From Nannocystis bainbridge (GTDB lineage: Bacteria; Myxococcota_A; Polyangia; Nannocystales; Nannocystaceae), in assembly GCF_028368995.1 (NCBI RefSeq), contig NZ_JAQNDL010000003.1, positions 736,001 to 800,000 of the forward strand: a stretch of 64,000 bases of DNA, given 5' to 3'. The translations under genes and the position numbers were made by a program. The notes under the pieces are model-generated. The model had not been told where the DNA came from. It did not search any database and saw only the letters and a program-made list of their open reading frames with translations. Below are positions 20,101 to 30,516 of this stretch, in pieces. Each line of letters begins with the position of its first letter. Position 1 is the stretch's first letter.

Positions 20101-20308
20101 TCTGACGACGGCGCTGGTGGCGGCGCTGGGATTCGTGCCGATGGCACTTTCGACCGCGCCGGGCAGCGAGGTCCAGCGGCCGCTGGCGACGGTCGTGATC
20201 GGCGGCCTGGTGTCGGCGATGCTGCTGACGCTGCTGGTCTTGCCGGCGGTGTACGCCCGCTTCGGGCCGAGCGCCAGCGCCGGCATCAACGCGCGCGCGC
20301 CTTCGTGA
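17186..20308 (+). CDS. czcA: CzcA/CusA heavy-metal RND transporter
   Basis: [76 protein letters not shown]; 1040 aa. Confidence 0.95.
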   Translation: [1040 protein letters not shown]

Positions 20309-20532
20309 ATGTCGTACGAGCGAGCTCCAGCGTCGCCGTCTCAGCCGGCCGGCAGGAGGCTCCGCCTCACGCGCTCCCAGCCGAAGCCCGAGATGACTGA
20401 AAACAACCCCGGACAGACTGCGCACAGCTCGCCGCTGCCACGGGGGAGGAGGGCGTGTCATCGGCCATGCAGGGCCAGGCAGACGGCTCTGGCGCTCGCG
20501 CGCCAGCCTCCGACAGGCGACCGAGCGTCCGC

Positions 20533-21003
20533 TCAGTTCAGGTGATAGCGGGTTCCCCTGGCTTTTCCGGACCAGGTGAGCTCCCCGGCCTCGATGAGGC
20601 GGTTGAGACCTGCGCGGACCTGCATGTTGGAACCACCGATGCGCTCTTGAACTTGTGAGGCACTCACGGGGCCTCCGATCGCCGTCACGACCTCGAGAAG
20701 CCGCTTGTCGAATGCTTCGCGGCCGGCATGCGTTCGCGTATTGACGTCCGCCCCATCGACCGCTTTCGTCGGGCCAGACTTGGCCGAGGCAGCCTTGCCC
20801 CCCGGAGCATCTCGGACGGGGGCGTGTGCGCCATGATGCCCTTGCAAGTCAGAGAGGGTGATCGAGCGCAGCAGTGAGCCGAGCTCTCCGCGCGCCAACT
20901 GCTGCAGCTCCACGAGGGTTAGCTGGGGGTGCTGAAGCAGGAGCTCGATCAGGAGCTCACGCTTGCGGTCTTCCATTGCGGCCACGAGATCGAACTTGGA
21001 CAC
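20533..21003 (-). CDS. Small putative DNA-binding protein with C-terminal winged helix
   Basis: Helical N-terminus, Lys/Ala linker, C-terminal VSASQVQERIGGSNMQVRAGLNRLIEAGELTWSGKARGTRY. Confidence 0.75.
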   Translation of the reverse strand: MSKFDLVAAMEDRKRELLIELLLQHPQLTLVELQQLARGELGSLLRSITLSDLQGHHGAHAPVRDAPGGKAASAKSGPTKAVDGADVNTRTHAGREAFDKRLLEVVTAIGGPVSASQVQERIGGSNMQVRAGLNRLIEAGELTWSGKARGTRYHLN

Positions 21004-21430
21004 GGCCGCGACAGTAGCACGCTTGCGTAGGTGTCTGTACGCTCGTTCCGTCGTCGCTCCCGACCGAGCCCCGCCGAGCGCGAGTCGCGGCCGCGGGTAT
21101 CGAACGGGCCGAGTGTGTCGTGCTCCCTGTCACTGGCCTCAGTCGCACCCCGGCGCTGTCGCTATACGAGCAGCGACTCGCACCGCGCGGTCGTCGAAAG
21201 CGCAAGACCGTCCCGACACGACCGACGAGCGAACGGCTGCAAGAGCCGGCCGGGAGGTCGTGGCGCTCGCGCAAAGGTGGTCCAATTCTACGGCCCTCTC
21301 CATGCCGAGCCGTACCGACGAAGCGCCGACGCACGCCGTCTCGACCGGCGCGGGCGACCGCCACGCGCGCCCCTTGCAGGCGCGACGGGCGCGACGGGCC
21401 GAGGCACGCGTGGGGGTCGAGGCCGACCCC

Positions 21431-23983
21431 ATGCGGGCCATGACTGCGGCGCTGTCCGAAGCCTTTGCGCAGCTCCGCAGCTCCGAGCGCGGTCTGACCG
21501 ACCGCGAGGTGCGAGACCGCCTCGCGGCGCTCGGGCTCAACGAGGTCGTGCCTCCCCAGCGCGCCAACCTGGTGCGCGACGTCCTGGCCCGCTTCACCAA
21601 CCCGTTGATCGCCATCCTCGCGTTCGCCAGCCTCGTCTCGCTGTCGCTCGGGGACCTCGTCAACGCGAGCATCATCCTCGTGATGATCGCCCTGAGCATC
21701 GCGCTCGAGACGTTTCAGACCCGCCGTTCGCAGGCCGCGGCCGAGCGGTTGCGGGGTCGCGTCGCGCCCGAGGCCACCGCCCTGCGAGACGGGCACTTCA
21801 TCAGGGTCCCGCAGCGCGAGCTGGTGCCGGGCGACGTCGTGCGCCTGGCCGCCGGCGCCCTCGTCCCGGCCGATTGTCGCCTCGTCACCGCCAGGGACTT
21901 GCACGTGCAACAGGCCGCCCTGACCGGCGAGCCCCTGCCCGCCGAAAAGGAGGCCACCGCGGACCCGGCCGGCGATGTCCGCGATCCGGCCGGGATGGCC
22001 CACGCCGTCTTCCTCGGCACCTCGGTCGTCAGCGGTGTCGCCACGGCGCTGGTGGTCGCCACCGGCGCGCGCACTCAATTCGGCGACATCGCCCGCGCGC
22101 TCGCCCGCCGGGGCCCGCGAACCGAGTTCGAGGTCGGCATGTTCGACTTCGGCGCCTTCATCCTGAAGACGGTCGTCTTCCTGGTGCTGTTCGTGTTCGT
22201 GATCGCGGCGGCGGGCCACCGCCCCGTGCTCGAGGCGCTGCTGTTCGCGCTCGCGCTCGCCGTCGGGCTCACGCCTGAGTTCCTGCCGATGATCACGACA
22301 GTCACGCTCGGAGAGGGCGCGCTGCGAATGGCGAAGCAGCGGGTCATCGTCAAGAACCTGGCGGCGATCCAGAACCTCGGCAGCATCGACGTGCTGTGCT
22401 GCGACAAGACCGGCACCCTCACGGAGGGGCGGATGACCCTCGAGCGCCACGTCGATCCGTTCGGGGCCGCGGACGAGCGCCCGCTCCGGCTCGCCAGCAT
22501 CAACAGCTTCTTCGAGAGCGGCATCGACTACGGCTTCGACGACGCGGTGCTCGACCGCGCTGGCATCGATCCGCTCGACGCCGCCGTGCTGCGCCACGAG
22601 CACCCCGATCTGCGGGGATGGCGAAAGCTCGACGAGCTCCCCTTCGACTTCGAACGCCGCCGCATCAGCATCCTCGCCGAGAAGGACGGCGCGAGCCTCC
22701 TCGTCACCAAAGGCGCGCCGGAGGGCTTGCTGGCGCAGGCGACCTCCTGCGAGACGGGCGGCGCTCGGCGGCCCCTCGACGCCGAGCTGCGCGCGCGCTG
22801 CGAGGCGACGTTCCGGGAGCTCTCCACCCACGGTTACCGCGTGCTCGCCGTGGCCTACAAAGAGATCAGCGCCGTCGCGCCGCTGCGCGCGGGCGACGAG
22901 GCCGGCCTCACCCTCGCCGGCTTCCTCGCCTTTGTCGACGCGCCGCTCCTCGGCGCGGCTCGAGTGCTCGCGGCGCTCGCCGCCGAGGGTGTGCGGGTCA
23001 AGATCGTCAGCGGCGACAACGAGCTCGTCGTGCGTCACATCGCCGATCGCGTCGGCATCGATCCGGGCCAGCTCCTCCTCGGCGCCGAGGTCGACCGCCT
23101 CGGCGACGCCGCGCTCGGCAAGGTCGCCGAGGAGACCCGCCTCTTCGCCCGGGTCTCGCCCGCGCACAAGAGCCGCATCATCCGCGCGCTCCGGGCCCGC
23201 GGCCACGTCGTCGGCTACCTCGGCGACGGCATCAATGACGCCCCCTCCCTCCACGGCGCCGATGTCGGGATCTCCGTCGCCGGCGCCGTGGACGTGGCCC
23301 GCGACGCCGCCGAAGTCATCCTGCTCGAGCGCGACCTCGGGGTCCTCCTCGCCGGCATCCTTGAGGGTCGGCGCGCCTTCGGCAACGTCATGAAGTACGT
23401 CCTGATGGGGACGAGCTCCAACTTCGGCAACATGGTCAGCATGGCCGGGGCCTTCGTCATCCTGCCGTTCTTGCCGATGCTCCCGACCCAGATCTTGCTC
23501 AACAACTTCCTTTACGACCTGGCGCAGATCACGATCCCGACCGACAACGTCGACCCTGGCTTCCTCAAGAAGCCGCGGCGGTGGGACATCGGCCTGATCC
23601 GTCGCTTCATGGTCGTCCTCGGCCCGGTCAGTTCGCTCTACGACATCCTCACGTTCTACGCGCTCCTCCACCTGTTCCATGCGTCGCCCGCGCTGTTCCA
23701 CACCGGGTGGTTCGTCGAGTCCCTGGTCACGCAGACGCTGGTGTTGTTCGTCATTCGTACCGCCGCGCGCCCGTGGGACAGCCGGCCGAGCCGGCCGCTC
23801 GTGCTCACCGCGCTGGCCGTCGTAATCACCGCGCTCGTGCTGCCCTGGACGCCGCTCGCCACCCCGCTCGGGTTCGTCGCGCTACCGCCGGGGTTCTTCC
23901 TGTTCCTCGTCGTCGTCGCCGTCACCTATCTGGCGTTCGTCGAGGGCGTCAAGCGCCGGCTGTTCGCTCGGTTCCTCGAGTAG
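21431..23983 (+). CDS. mgtA: Mg2+-importing P-type ATPase (P3B)
   Basis: ALTGE, AVGLTPEFLPMI, CDKTGTLT, PFDFERRR, GDGINDAP, KYVLMGTSSNFGNM, QILLNNFLYD, FHTGWFVESL; start may be 21302 or 21440. Confidence 0.92.
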   Translation: MRAMTAALSEAFAQLRSSERGLTDREVRDRLAALGLNEVVPPQRANLVRDVLARFTNPLIAILAFASLVSLSLGDLVNASIILVMIALSIALETFQTRRSQAAAERLRGRVAPEATALRDGHFIRVPQRELVPGDVVRLAAGALVPADCRLVTARDLHVQQAALTGEPLPAEKEATADPAGDVRDPAGMAHAVFLGTSVVSGVATALVVATGARTQFGDIARALARRGPRTEFEVGMFDFGAFILKTVVFLVLFVFVIAAAGHRPVLEALLFALALAVGLTPEFLPMITTVTLGEGALRMAKQRVIVKNLAAIQNLGSIDVLCCDKTGTLTEGRMTLERHVDPFGAADERPLRLASINSFFESGIDYGFDDAVLDRAGIDPLDAAVLRHEHPDLRGWRKLDELPFDFERRRISILAEKDGASLLVTKGAPEGLLAQATSCETGGARRPLDAELRARCEATFRELSTHGYRVLAVAYKEISAVAPLRAGDEAGLTLAGFLAFVDAPLLGAARVLAALAAEGVRVKIVSGDNELVVRHIADRVGIDPGQLLLGAEVDRLGDAALGKVAEETRLFARVSPAHKSRIIRALRARGHVVGYLGDGINDAPSLHGADVGISVAGAVDVARDAAEVILLERDLGVLLAGILEGRRAFGNVMKYVLMGTSSNFGNMVSMAGAFVILPFLPMLPTQILLNNFLYDLAQITIPTDNVDPGFLKKPRRWDIGLIRRFMVVLGPVSSLYDILTFYALLHLFHASPALFHTGWFVESLVTQTLVLFVIRTAARPWDSRPSRPLVLTALAVVITALVLPWTPLATPLGFVALPPGFFLFLVVVAVTYLAFVEGVKRRLFARFLE

Positions 23984-24151
23984 CGGCAGCACACGGCGCA
24001 TTGTGTCGTGGCCGGCAGCCGAGCGCACGGCATGCGGACGCCGCGCAGCTCGATACGGACGGCGGGGAGGATTCCCACGCGGCGCCGCCGCTCCCGAGAC
24101 AATGGCTTCTCGCGCTCGGGCGCGGCATAGCTGTCGCGTCGGGCGCAGTTG

Positions 24152-26809
24152 ATGCTCCAAACGAACTTCGATCTCACCACAGGCCTCGGCTCGGCGGAGG
24201 CGGCGCTTCGATTGGCGCGCGACGGAGCGAATGAGCTGTCGAGCCACGCTCAGCGGACGTTGCTGAGCGACGCGCTGGCGCTCGTGCGCGAACCGATGTC
24301 GCTGCTGCTCGTCGCGTGCGGGGCGATCTATCTCGTCCTCGGCGACGTCCACGAATCCATCATGTTGCTGGCGTTCGTGCTCTTCATCATGGGCATCACG
24401 CTCGTGCAAGAGCGGAAGACGGAGCGCGCGCTCGCGGCCCTGCGCGACATGACGAGCCCGCGCGCGCTCGTGATCCGCGACGGACGGCGCGTCCGGATCC
24501 CCGGAAGAGAGGTCGTGTCGGGCGACCTCCTCGTGCTCTCCGAGGGCGATCGAGTGCCGGCCGACGTGGCCGTGCTCGATAGCAGTCATCTCACCGTCGA
24601 CGAGTCGCTGCTGACGGGCGAGTCCGTCGCGGTGCGCAAGACGGCGTGGGACGGCGCGGCAGCGGTCTCTCGGCCAGGTGGCGAGGATCTGTCGTTCGCG
24701 TTCGCGGGCACGCTCGTGGTCGAAGGGACAGCCGTCGCCCGGGTCCACACCATCGGCGCGGCCACCGAGATCGGGCGCATCGGCGCGGCGCTCGAGCGGT
24801 CCGTGCCCGAGCAGACGACGCTCCAGCGAGAGACTCGGCGATTGGTCCGCCGCCTGGCATGGGTCGGAGGGGCGCTCTCGTTGCTCGTGGTGGTCGTCCA
24901 CGGCGTCGCGCGTTCGAGCTGGCTCGAGGGCCTGCTGGCCGGGATCACCCTCGCCATGGCGATCCTCCCGAACGAGTTCCCGGTCGTGGTCACCATCTTC
25001 CTCGCCCTCGGCGCGCAGCGCCTGGCCAAGCGCCGCGTCCTCACGCGCCGGATCCCCGCCATCGAAGCCATCGGCTCGGCGACGGTGCTGTGCGTCGACA
25101 AGACCGGGACGCTGACCGAAAATCGCATGGCCGTGCAGACGATCGCGGCCGACGGCGAATCTTTCGACGCTCGTCGCCTCGAACACGAGCCGCTGCCGGA
25201 GGCCTTTCACGAGGCGGTCGAGTACAGCATCCTGGCCAGTCGCCAAGACCCGTTCGACCCGATGGAGCGCGCGTTCAAGGAGCTCGGCGAGCAACGCTTG
25301 GCGGGCACGGAGCACCTTCACCCCGACTGGACCCTGGTGCGCGAGTATCCGCTGTCGCGCGAGCTGCTCGCCGTGACGCAGGTGTGGCGCGCGCCGGGCG
25401 AGGCCGCGCTCGTCGTCGCCACCAAGGGCGCCCCCGAAGCCGTCGCCGACCTGTGTCACCTCGACGAGCAGGCCCGGACGCGGCTGCGCGGGCAGGTCGA
25501 GCGCCTCGGCGCGGACGGCCTGCGCGTGCTGGCCGTCGCGCGTGGCCGCGTCCGCGACGCCCCACCGGCGATCGCACACGACATGGACTACGAGTTCGTC
25601 GGCCTCGTGGGCCTCGCCGATCCCGTGCGCAAGCACGTCCCGAGGACCGTCGCCGAATGTCATGCCGCAGGGATCCGCGTGGTCATGATCACCGGCGACT
25701 ATCCGGCCACGGCCGCGGCCATCGCCGGCCAGATCGGGCTCGACGCCGCCGGCGCGGTCGTCACCGGGACCGAAGTCGCGTCGATGACGGACGCCGAGCT
25801 GCAGGCATGCGTAGGCGACACCGCCGTGTTCGCGCGTGTCCTCCCCGAGCAAAAGTTGCGGATCGTCGAGGCATTGCGGACCGCCGGGGAGATCGTCGCC
25901 ATGACCGGGGACGGCGTGAACGATGCCCCGGCGCTGAAGGCCGCCGACATCGGTGTCGCCATGGGCGGGCGCGGCACCGACGTGGCGCGCGAGGCGGCCA
26001 CTCTCGTGCTGCTCGACGACGACTTCGCTTCGCTGGTGGACAGCGTCCGCTCGGGACGCCGTATCATCGACAACCTTCGCAAGGCGCTCGCGTACATCCT
26101 CGCGGTGCATGTGCCGATCGTCGGTCTCACCTTGATCCCCATTTTTTTGGGATGGCCGCTCGTGTTGCTGCCGATCCACATCGCGTTCCTGCACCTCGTG
26201 ATCGACCCGGCTTGCTCCGTCGTCTTCGAGGCCGAGCCGGAGGAGGCCGATGTGATGCTCCGTCCGCCGCGGGACCCGCGGGCGCCGCTCTTCGATCGCC
26301 GCTCCATCGCCCTGAGCCTGGTTCAGGGCGCGCTCGTGATGCTCGTCGTCGTCGCGGTCTACGGTCTCGCGTTGAGTCGTGGGCGCGGAGAAGCCGACGC
26401 CAGGGGGTTGACGTTCACAACCTTCATGGTGGCCAACCTGGGCCTCATCTTCACCAATCGCACGTGGTCTCGGGTACGGACCGCGATCAGGGGCCGAAAT
26501 GCTGCGCTCTGGTGGGTGACCGGCGGCGCGGTCGTCTTCCTCGCGCTCGTCCTCTACGTGCCGGGCCTGCGGGAGCTGTTCCGGTTCGCCCCCCTGCGAC
26601 CGCGCGACATTCTGTTCTGCATCGGCGCGGGCGTCCTGAGCGTGTCGTGGTTCGAAGCCTTCAAGGCCATCCGGCCGCGTGAGAGGCACGGGATCGCTGC
26701 GGTCGCACCCGTTGAACGACGGGCTCTCGCGAGCGAAACCTTGCTCCGCGGGGAGGCAGCCCCGACAGAACGACCCTCCGCTGGCGTGGTCCGAAAAGCC
26801 AGCCCATGA
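24152..26809 (+). CDS. Cation-transporting P-type ATPase (P2-like)
   Basis: VDESLLTGES, ILPNEFP, DKTGTLT, DPFDPME, KGAPE, MITGDY, GDGVNDAPALK. Confidence 0.93.
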   Translation: MLQTNFDLTTGLGSAEAALRLARDGANELSSHAQRTLLSDALALVREPMSLLLVACGAIYLVLGDVHESIMLLAFVLFIMGITLVQERKTERALAALRDMTSPRALVIRDGRRVRIPGREVVSGDLLVLSEGDRVPADVAVLDSSHLTVDESLLTGESVAVRKTAWDGAAAVSRPGGEDLSFAFAGTLVVEGTAVARVHTIGAATEIGRIGAALERSVPEQTTLQRETRRLVRRLAWVGGALSLLVVVVHGVARSSWLEGLLAGITLAMAILPNEFPVVVTIFLALGAQRLAKRRVLTRRIPAIEAIGSATVLCVDKTGTLTENRMAVQTIAADGESFDARRLEHEPLPEAFHEAVEYSILASRQDPFDPMERAFKELGEQRLAGTEHLHPDWTLVREYPLSRELLAVTQVWRAPGEAALVVATKGAPEAVADLCHLDEQARTRLRGQVERLGADGLRVLAVARGRVRDAPPAIAHDMDYEFVGLVGLADPVRKHVPRTVAECHAAGIRVVMITGDYPATAAAIAGQIGLDAAGAVVTGTEVASMTDAELQACVGDTAVFARVLPEQKLRIVEALRTAGEIVAMTGDGVNDAPALKAADIGVAMGGRGTDVAREAATLVLLDDDFASLVDSVRSGRRIIDNLRKALAYILAVHVPIVGLTLIPIFLGWPLVLLPIHIAFLHLVIDPACSVVFEAEPEEADVMLRPPRDPRAPLFDRRSIALSLVQGALVMLVVVAVYGLALSRGRGEADARGLTFTTFMVANLGLIFTNRTWSRVRTAIRGRNAALWWVTGGAVVFLALVLYVPGLRELFRFAPLRPRDILFCIGAGVLSVSWFEAFKAIRPRERHGIAAVAPVERRALASETLLRGEAAPTERPSAGVVRKASP

Positions 26810-27189
26810 AATCCCGCATGCTCCGAAACCCTCACTCTCTGGCGCTCCAGCTCTTCGGAATCGCTCACCAGATCGCCGGTGCGATCGCCGAGGGCAGCAT
26901 CGACGACCAAAGCTTCTTTCCGGGTCGGCTGACTCGCAGTCAACTGGCCGAGGGGCTAGCCAGCCATCTGCTCACGGTTCGCCCGATTCCAGGGGAGGCG
27001 ATCATCTACATGCAGGTCGAGAGCCGCCCGAACGCGGAAGCGTGGCGCGTCAAGCTGCCGTTCTGGACGGTGGAGGAAGGCGGTCGCAGCGACCTGTGCC
27101 TGTGTTTGCACATCCGTCGCCAAGGCGCGGAGCTGGTCGGTCAGATCGAGGACGTTCATCCCTCCACACAGTCGCTGGCGACCGCGTAA
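26806..27189 (+). CDS. Hypothetical protein (127 aa)
   Basis: ATGA overlap with the ATPase stop; normal composition; no recognisable motif. Confidence 0.5.
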   Translation: MKSRMLRNPHSLALQLFGIAHQIAGAIAEGSIDDQSFFPGRLTRSQLAEGLASHLLTVRPIPGEAIIYMQVESRPNAEAWRVKLPFWTVEEGGRSDLCLCLHIRRQGAELVGQIEDVHPSTQSLATA

Positions 27190-27341
27190 CCGCGAGAGTG
27201 GAGCGAACCGCGACACCAACGCCTCGATCGCCGATCGGACCCGGACGGGCGGCCACGCCCCGCGCGCCCATGACGCCCGGCCCACCAGGCCCGATCACCT
27301 CGTGGAGCGCGCCGTTTGAGCTCTCGGCCCAGCACCGACGC

Positions 27342-29618
27342 TCAGGCCAATGTGCGACGGGCGGCATCGAGCAACAGCCGGCGCTCGGCGCTCGCCATTA
27401 CGTGGCGGGAGGCATCGACGGCGTCGACATTGACCGAGATGGAGGTGATCCCGAGCCGCACGAGGGTCTCGGCGAACTCGGGGCGATTCGAGGGCGCCTG
27501 CCCGCAGAGGGATGTCGTGAGGCCGTGAGCCTTCGCGGCGTGGATGATGCGGGCAATCGCGTCGACGACCGCCTCGTCGGCCTCATCGAACAGCTCGGCG
27601 CAGATCTGCGAATCGCGGTCGACACCCAGCATGAGCTGCGTCAGATCGTTCGAGCCGATCGAGACGCCGTGGATCCCCAGCTTGGCGTAATGAGGGATCC
27701 AATACGCCACCGAGGGGACCTCGGCCATGATCCAGCGCAGCAGCCCTCTGTCCCGCCCGAGCGGGCTCGCGTCGACCCGCTCGAGGCAGCGCTGGAGCTC
27801 CCAGCGTGTGCGGACGAAAGGGATCATGAGATGAATGTTAGGGGTCTGTTCGCGCACTTGTGCGAGCGTCTCGAGCTCTAGGTCGAACAGCGCCGGATCC
27901 TTGACGTAGCGGAAACACCCCCGGTAGCCGATCATCGGGTTGTCCTCGCGGGGCTCGTGGTGCTCGCCGCCCGAGAGGTTGCGGAACTCGTTGGTACGGA
28001 AGTCGTACGTCCGATAGACCACCGGGCGCGGCATGAACGCGCGGGTGATCCGCAGCAGGTGCTCTCGCATAGCCTCGATGAACTTTCGACCGCCGCCCTG
28101 CGCGACGATCTCTTGGGGGTGTCGGCCGCCGAGCGTGTCGAGGATCATGAACTCGGCGCGCAGAAGGCCGACCCCGTCGACCGGCAGCGCAGCTGCCTCC
28201 GCGGCGCGATCGGCCATGGCGAGGTTTACGTAGAGGCGCGTGGACAGGGTCGTCGAGACTGCCTGGGCCGCTGCGCGGGCTTCGGTCGGCGGAGCCGTCG
28301 CTCCAGACGGTGCGGCGCCGGCGTAAACCTTGCCCTGGCGGCCGTCCACCGTGACGAGCTCCCCGTCGCGCAGCACGCGAGTCGCCTCGCGTGCGCCGAC
28401 GATGCAGGGGATCCGCAGCTCGCGGCTGACGATCGCCGCGTGGCAAGTCATGCCGCCCGAGTCGGTGACGATCGCCGCGGCGCGGCGCATCGTCGGCACC
28501 CAGTCGGGCGAGGTCATGGGCGCGACCAACACCTCCCGAGGCTGCAGACGCTCCGCCTCGGCGAGGCTCATCAACACACGCACATTCCCAGCGGCGACGC
28601 CGGGCGAGGCGCCGAGTCCGGCGATCAACGCTGGGCCCGCCGTGGCATCTGCCGGGCCCTCTGCGGCAGGTGTAAGCGTCGTGATCGGGCGCGCCTGCAC
28701 CAACGAAAACGCGCCCCCGGCCTCCGCCCATTCGATGTCCTGCGGCGCGCCGTAATGCCGCTCGACGCGCTGGCCGAGCCTGGCGAGCTCGATCAACGCG
28801 CCGTCGTCCAGGACTCGGCGCCCTGCCTCCTGAGCTGCGAGGACGATCTTCTGCTCGCGGCCGTCCGCGTCGCGAACGATCTTGAAGGCCTTTCGACCGA
28901 TACGGACCGAACGCACCCTCGGGCCCTCCTTGTCGAGGACGTACGTGTCCACTTCGACCTGGCCGCCGACGACGACCTCCCCGAGCCCGAACGCGGCCTC
29001 GATCACGAGCGTGTCCCGATCGCCCGTCGAGGGATCGGCGGTGAAGAGCACGCCCGAGCGCTCGGCGGGGACCATCGCCTGCACGACGACGGCGAGGGAC
29101 GGCTCCTCGGTCATCGCCGCGGCCTTGCGGTAGCTGAGCACGCGCGGCCCGTAGGCGGATTTCCAGCACGCGAGGACCTGCTCGATCAGGGCTTCTTCGC
29201 CGACGACATTGGTGAAACTCTCGTGCATGCCAGCAAAGGAGGTCGTGGCGGTGTCCTCACTCGGCGCCGACGATCGAACCGCGACGGCTGTTCCTGGCCC
29301 GAGCTGCGCGTACGCGGTCGTGAGCGCCGCCCGGACGTCGCGCGGCACGCCAGCGCTCTCGACGAGCGCCTGCATCTTCGTGGACGCGGACGCGAGCGCC
29401 TGAGGGTCGCTCTCGTCCAATTCTGCGAACAGGCTGCGCAGCTCCCCGCGCACACCAGCGGCGTCAAGCGCTGCGAGAAACGCCGCCGTGGTGACGACGA
29501 AGCCATCGGGAACGGGCATTCCGTTGCGCGCCATCTCTCCGAGGTTGGCGCCTTTGCCCCCCGCAAGAGGCAGGTCCGTGCGAGAGAGATCCTTGAACCA
29601 AACGATGGACTCGGTCAT
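27342..29618 (-). CDS. ppsA: Phosphoenolpyruvate synthase
   Basis: [75 protein letters not shown]. Confidence 0.95.
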   Translation of the reverse strand: MTESIVWFKDLSRTDLPLAGGKGANLGEMARNGMPVPDGFVVTTAAFLAALDAAGVRGELRSLFAELDESDPQALASASTKMQALVESAGVPRDVRAALTTAYAQLGPGTAVAVRSSAPSEDTATTSFAGMHESFTNVVGEEALIEQVLACWKSAYGPRVLSYRKAAAMTEEPSLAVVVQAMVPAERSGVLFTADPSTGDRDTLVIEAAFGLGEVVVGGQVEVDTYVLDKEGPRVRSVRIGRKAFKIVRDADGREQKIVLAAQEAGRRVLDDGALIELARLGQRVERHYGAPQDIEWAEAGGAFSLVQARPITTLTPAAEGPADATAGPALIAGLGASPGVAAGNVRVLMSLAEAERLQPREVLVAPMTSPDWVPTMRRAAAIVTDSGGMTCHAAIVSRELRIPCIVGAREATRVLRDGELVTVDGRQGKVYAGAAPSGATAPPTEARAAAQAVSTTLSTRLYVNLAMADRAAEAAALPVDGVGLLRAEFMILDTLGGRHPQEIVAQGGGRKFIEAMREHLLRITRAFMPRPVVYRTYDFRTNEFRNLSGGEHHEPREDNPMIGYRGCFRYVKDPALFDLELETLAQVREQTPNIHLMIPFVRTRWELQRCLERVDASPLGRDRGLLRWIMAEVPSVAYWIPHYAKLGIHGVSIGSNDLTQLMLGVDRDSQICAELFDEADEAVVDAIARIIHAAKAHGLTTSLCGQAPSNRPEFAETLVRLGITSISVNVDAVDASRHVMASAERRLLLDAARRTLA

Positions 29619-30026
29619 ATCCACTCCGGCCGGCGAACGACGGCATGCGGTGCATTCGCGCCGCATGCGGACAGTCTGAATTCCTCTCGAGATCGGCGCG
29701 ACGGATGAGCGGTAGACCCCGCTTTGTCGCGGCTATCCCGTCGGCGTACCAGACCAGGGTGGCACGAGGTTCGCCCTGGCGCCATGACGGAGGGGTTGGC
29801 CACCCCGGCCGGCGGTCGACCGTTATGCTCGCCCGCCAGTTCAGTCGAGTTCGACGAGGCCCCGTGAATCTGGCGAGCGCAAGATGTGGCTCCGGGGAAT
29901 CCATGAAGCAGCCGAATCATGACAGGCGGATGACCTGGGCTGGCAGTCGACTCGTCCGGCGGTCAGTCCGAACGTAGCCGACAGGGGTCGGGCTCTTCCC
30001 CGACGCGCAGCCCACGCCCTGAAAGG

Positions 30027-30506
30027 ATGTTCCCTTGCCACCAGCCCCCGCTTTCACCGACCCTCGTGTTGGTGTTTCAGCACACAACCGCGTCGCTCGC
30101 AGAGTGCGCCGGCTGCCTCCCGACCACGATCCTCGAATGGCGGCGCCTCGGCCTCTTCGCGGGGATCGAGACGAGCCGGACCAGCGCCGGCAAGAGCAAG
30201 GGAGTCCAACTGCTCTGGCACACCGACGCGCTGGAGCGGGTCAAGGAGATCGTGGCGCTCAAGGCGCAGGGTTACAACACCGAGCGGCTCCAGGCCTATT
30301 TTCGTGAGCCCGAGTCCCGCAAGAAGCGGGCGAAGAAGACGGGCGGACGCGCGATGTCAGCCCCGCCGCTCAAGCCGCTGCGGACCACACGCAAGACGGC
30401 CGCCGAGCAGCCGAGGCAGAGAGTCACGCCGTCAGCCGAGACACCCAAGAAGCGCAAGACTTCGCCCGCAGCGACGAGCAAGGCGCCGAAGCGCAAGCCT
30501 CGGTAG
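30027..30506 (+). CDS. MerR-like HTH protein with Lys/Arg-rich tail
   Basis: TTASLAECAGCLPTTILEWRRLGLF...WHTDALERVKEIVALKAQGY; basic tail; true start may be GTG 30066 or 30072. Confidence 0.75.
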   Translation: MFPCHQPPLSPTLVLVFQHTTASLAECAGCLPTTILEWRRLGLFAGIETSRTSAGKSKGVQLLWHTDALERVKEIVALKAQGYNTERLQAYFREPESRKKRAKKTGGRAMSAPPLKPLRTTRKTAAEQPRQRVTPSAETPKKRKTSPAATSKAPKRKPR

Positions 30507-30516
30507 CTCGGCGAGT

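Noticed and set aside
21004-21430. Mg2+ riboswitch or MgtL-type leader upstream of mgtA
   Set aside because: No recognisable M-box structure or convincing Pro-rich leader by eye; an Rfam scan would be needed.
29760-29774. Sigma54-like TGGCACG-N4-TCGC
   Set aside because: Imperfect -12 box, faces away from ppsA, and such matches are frequent in GC-rich DNA.
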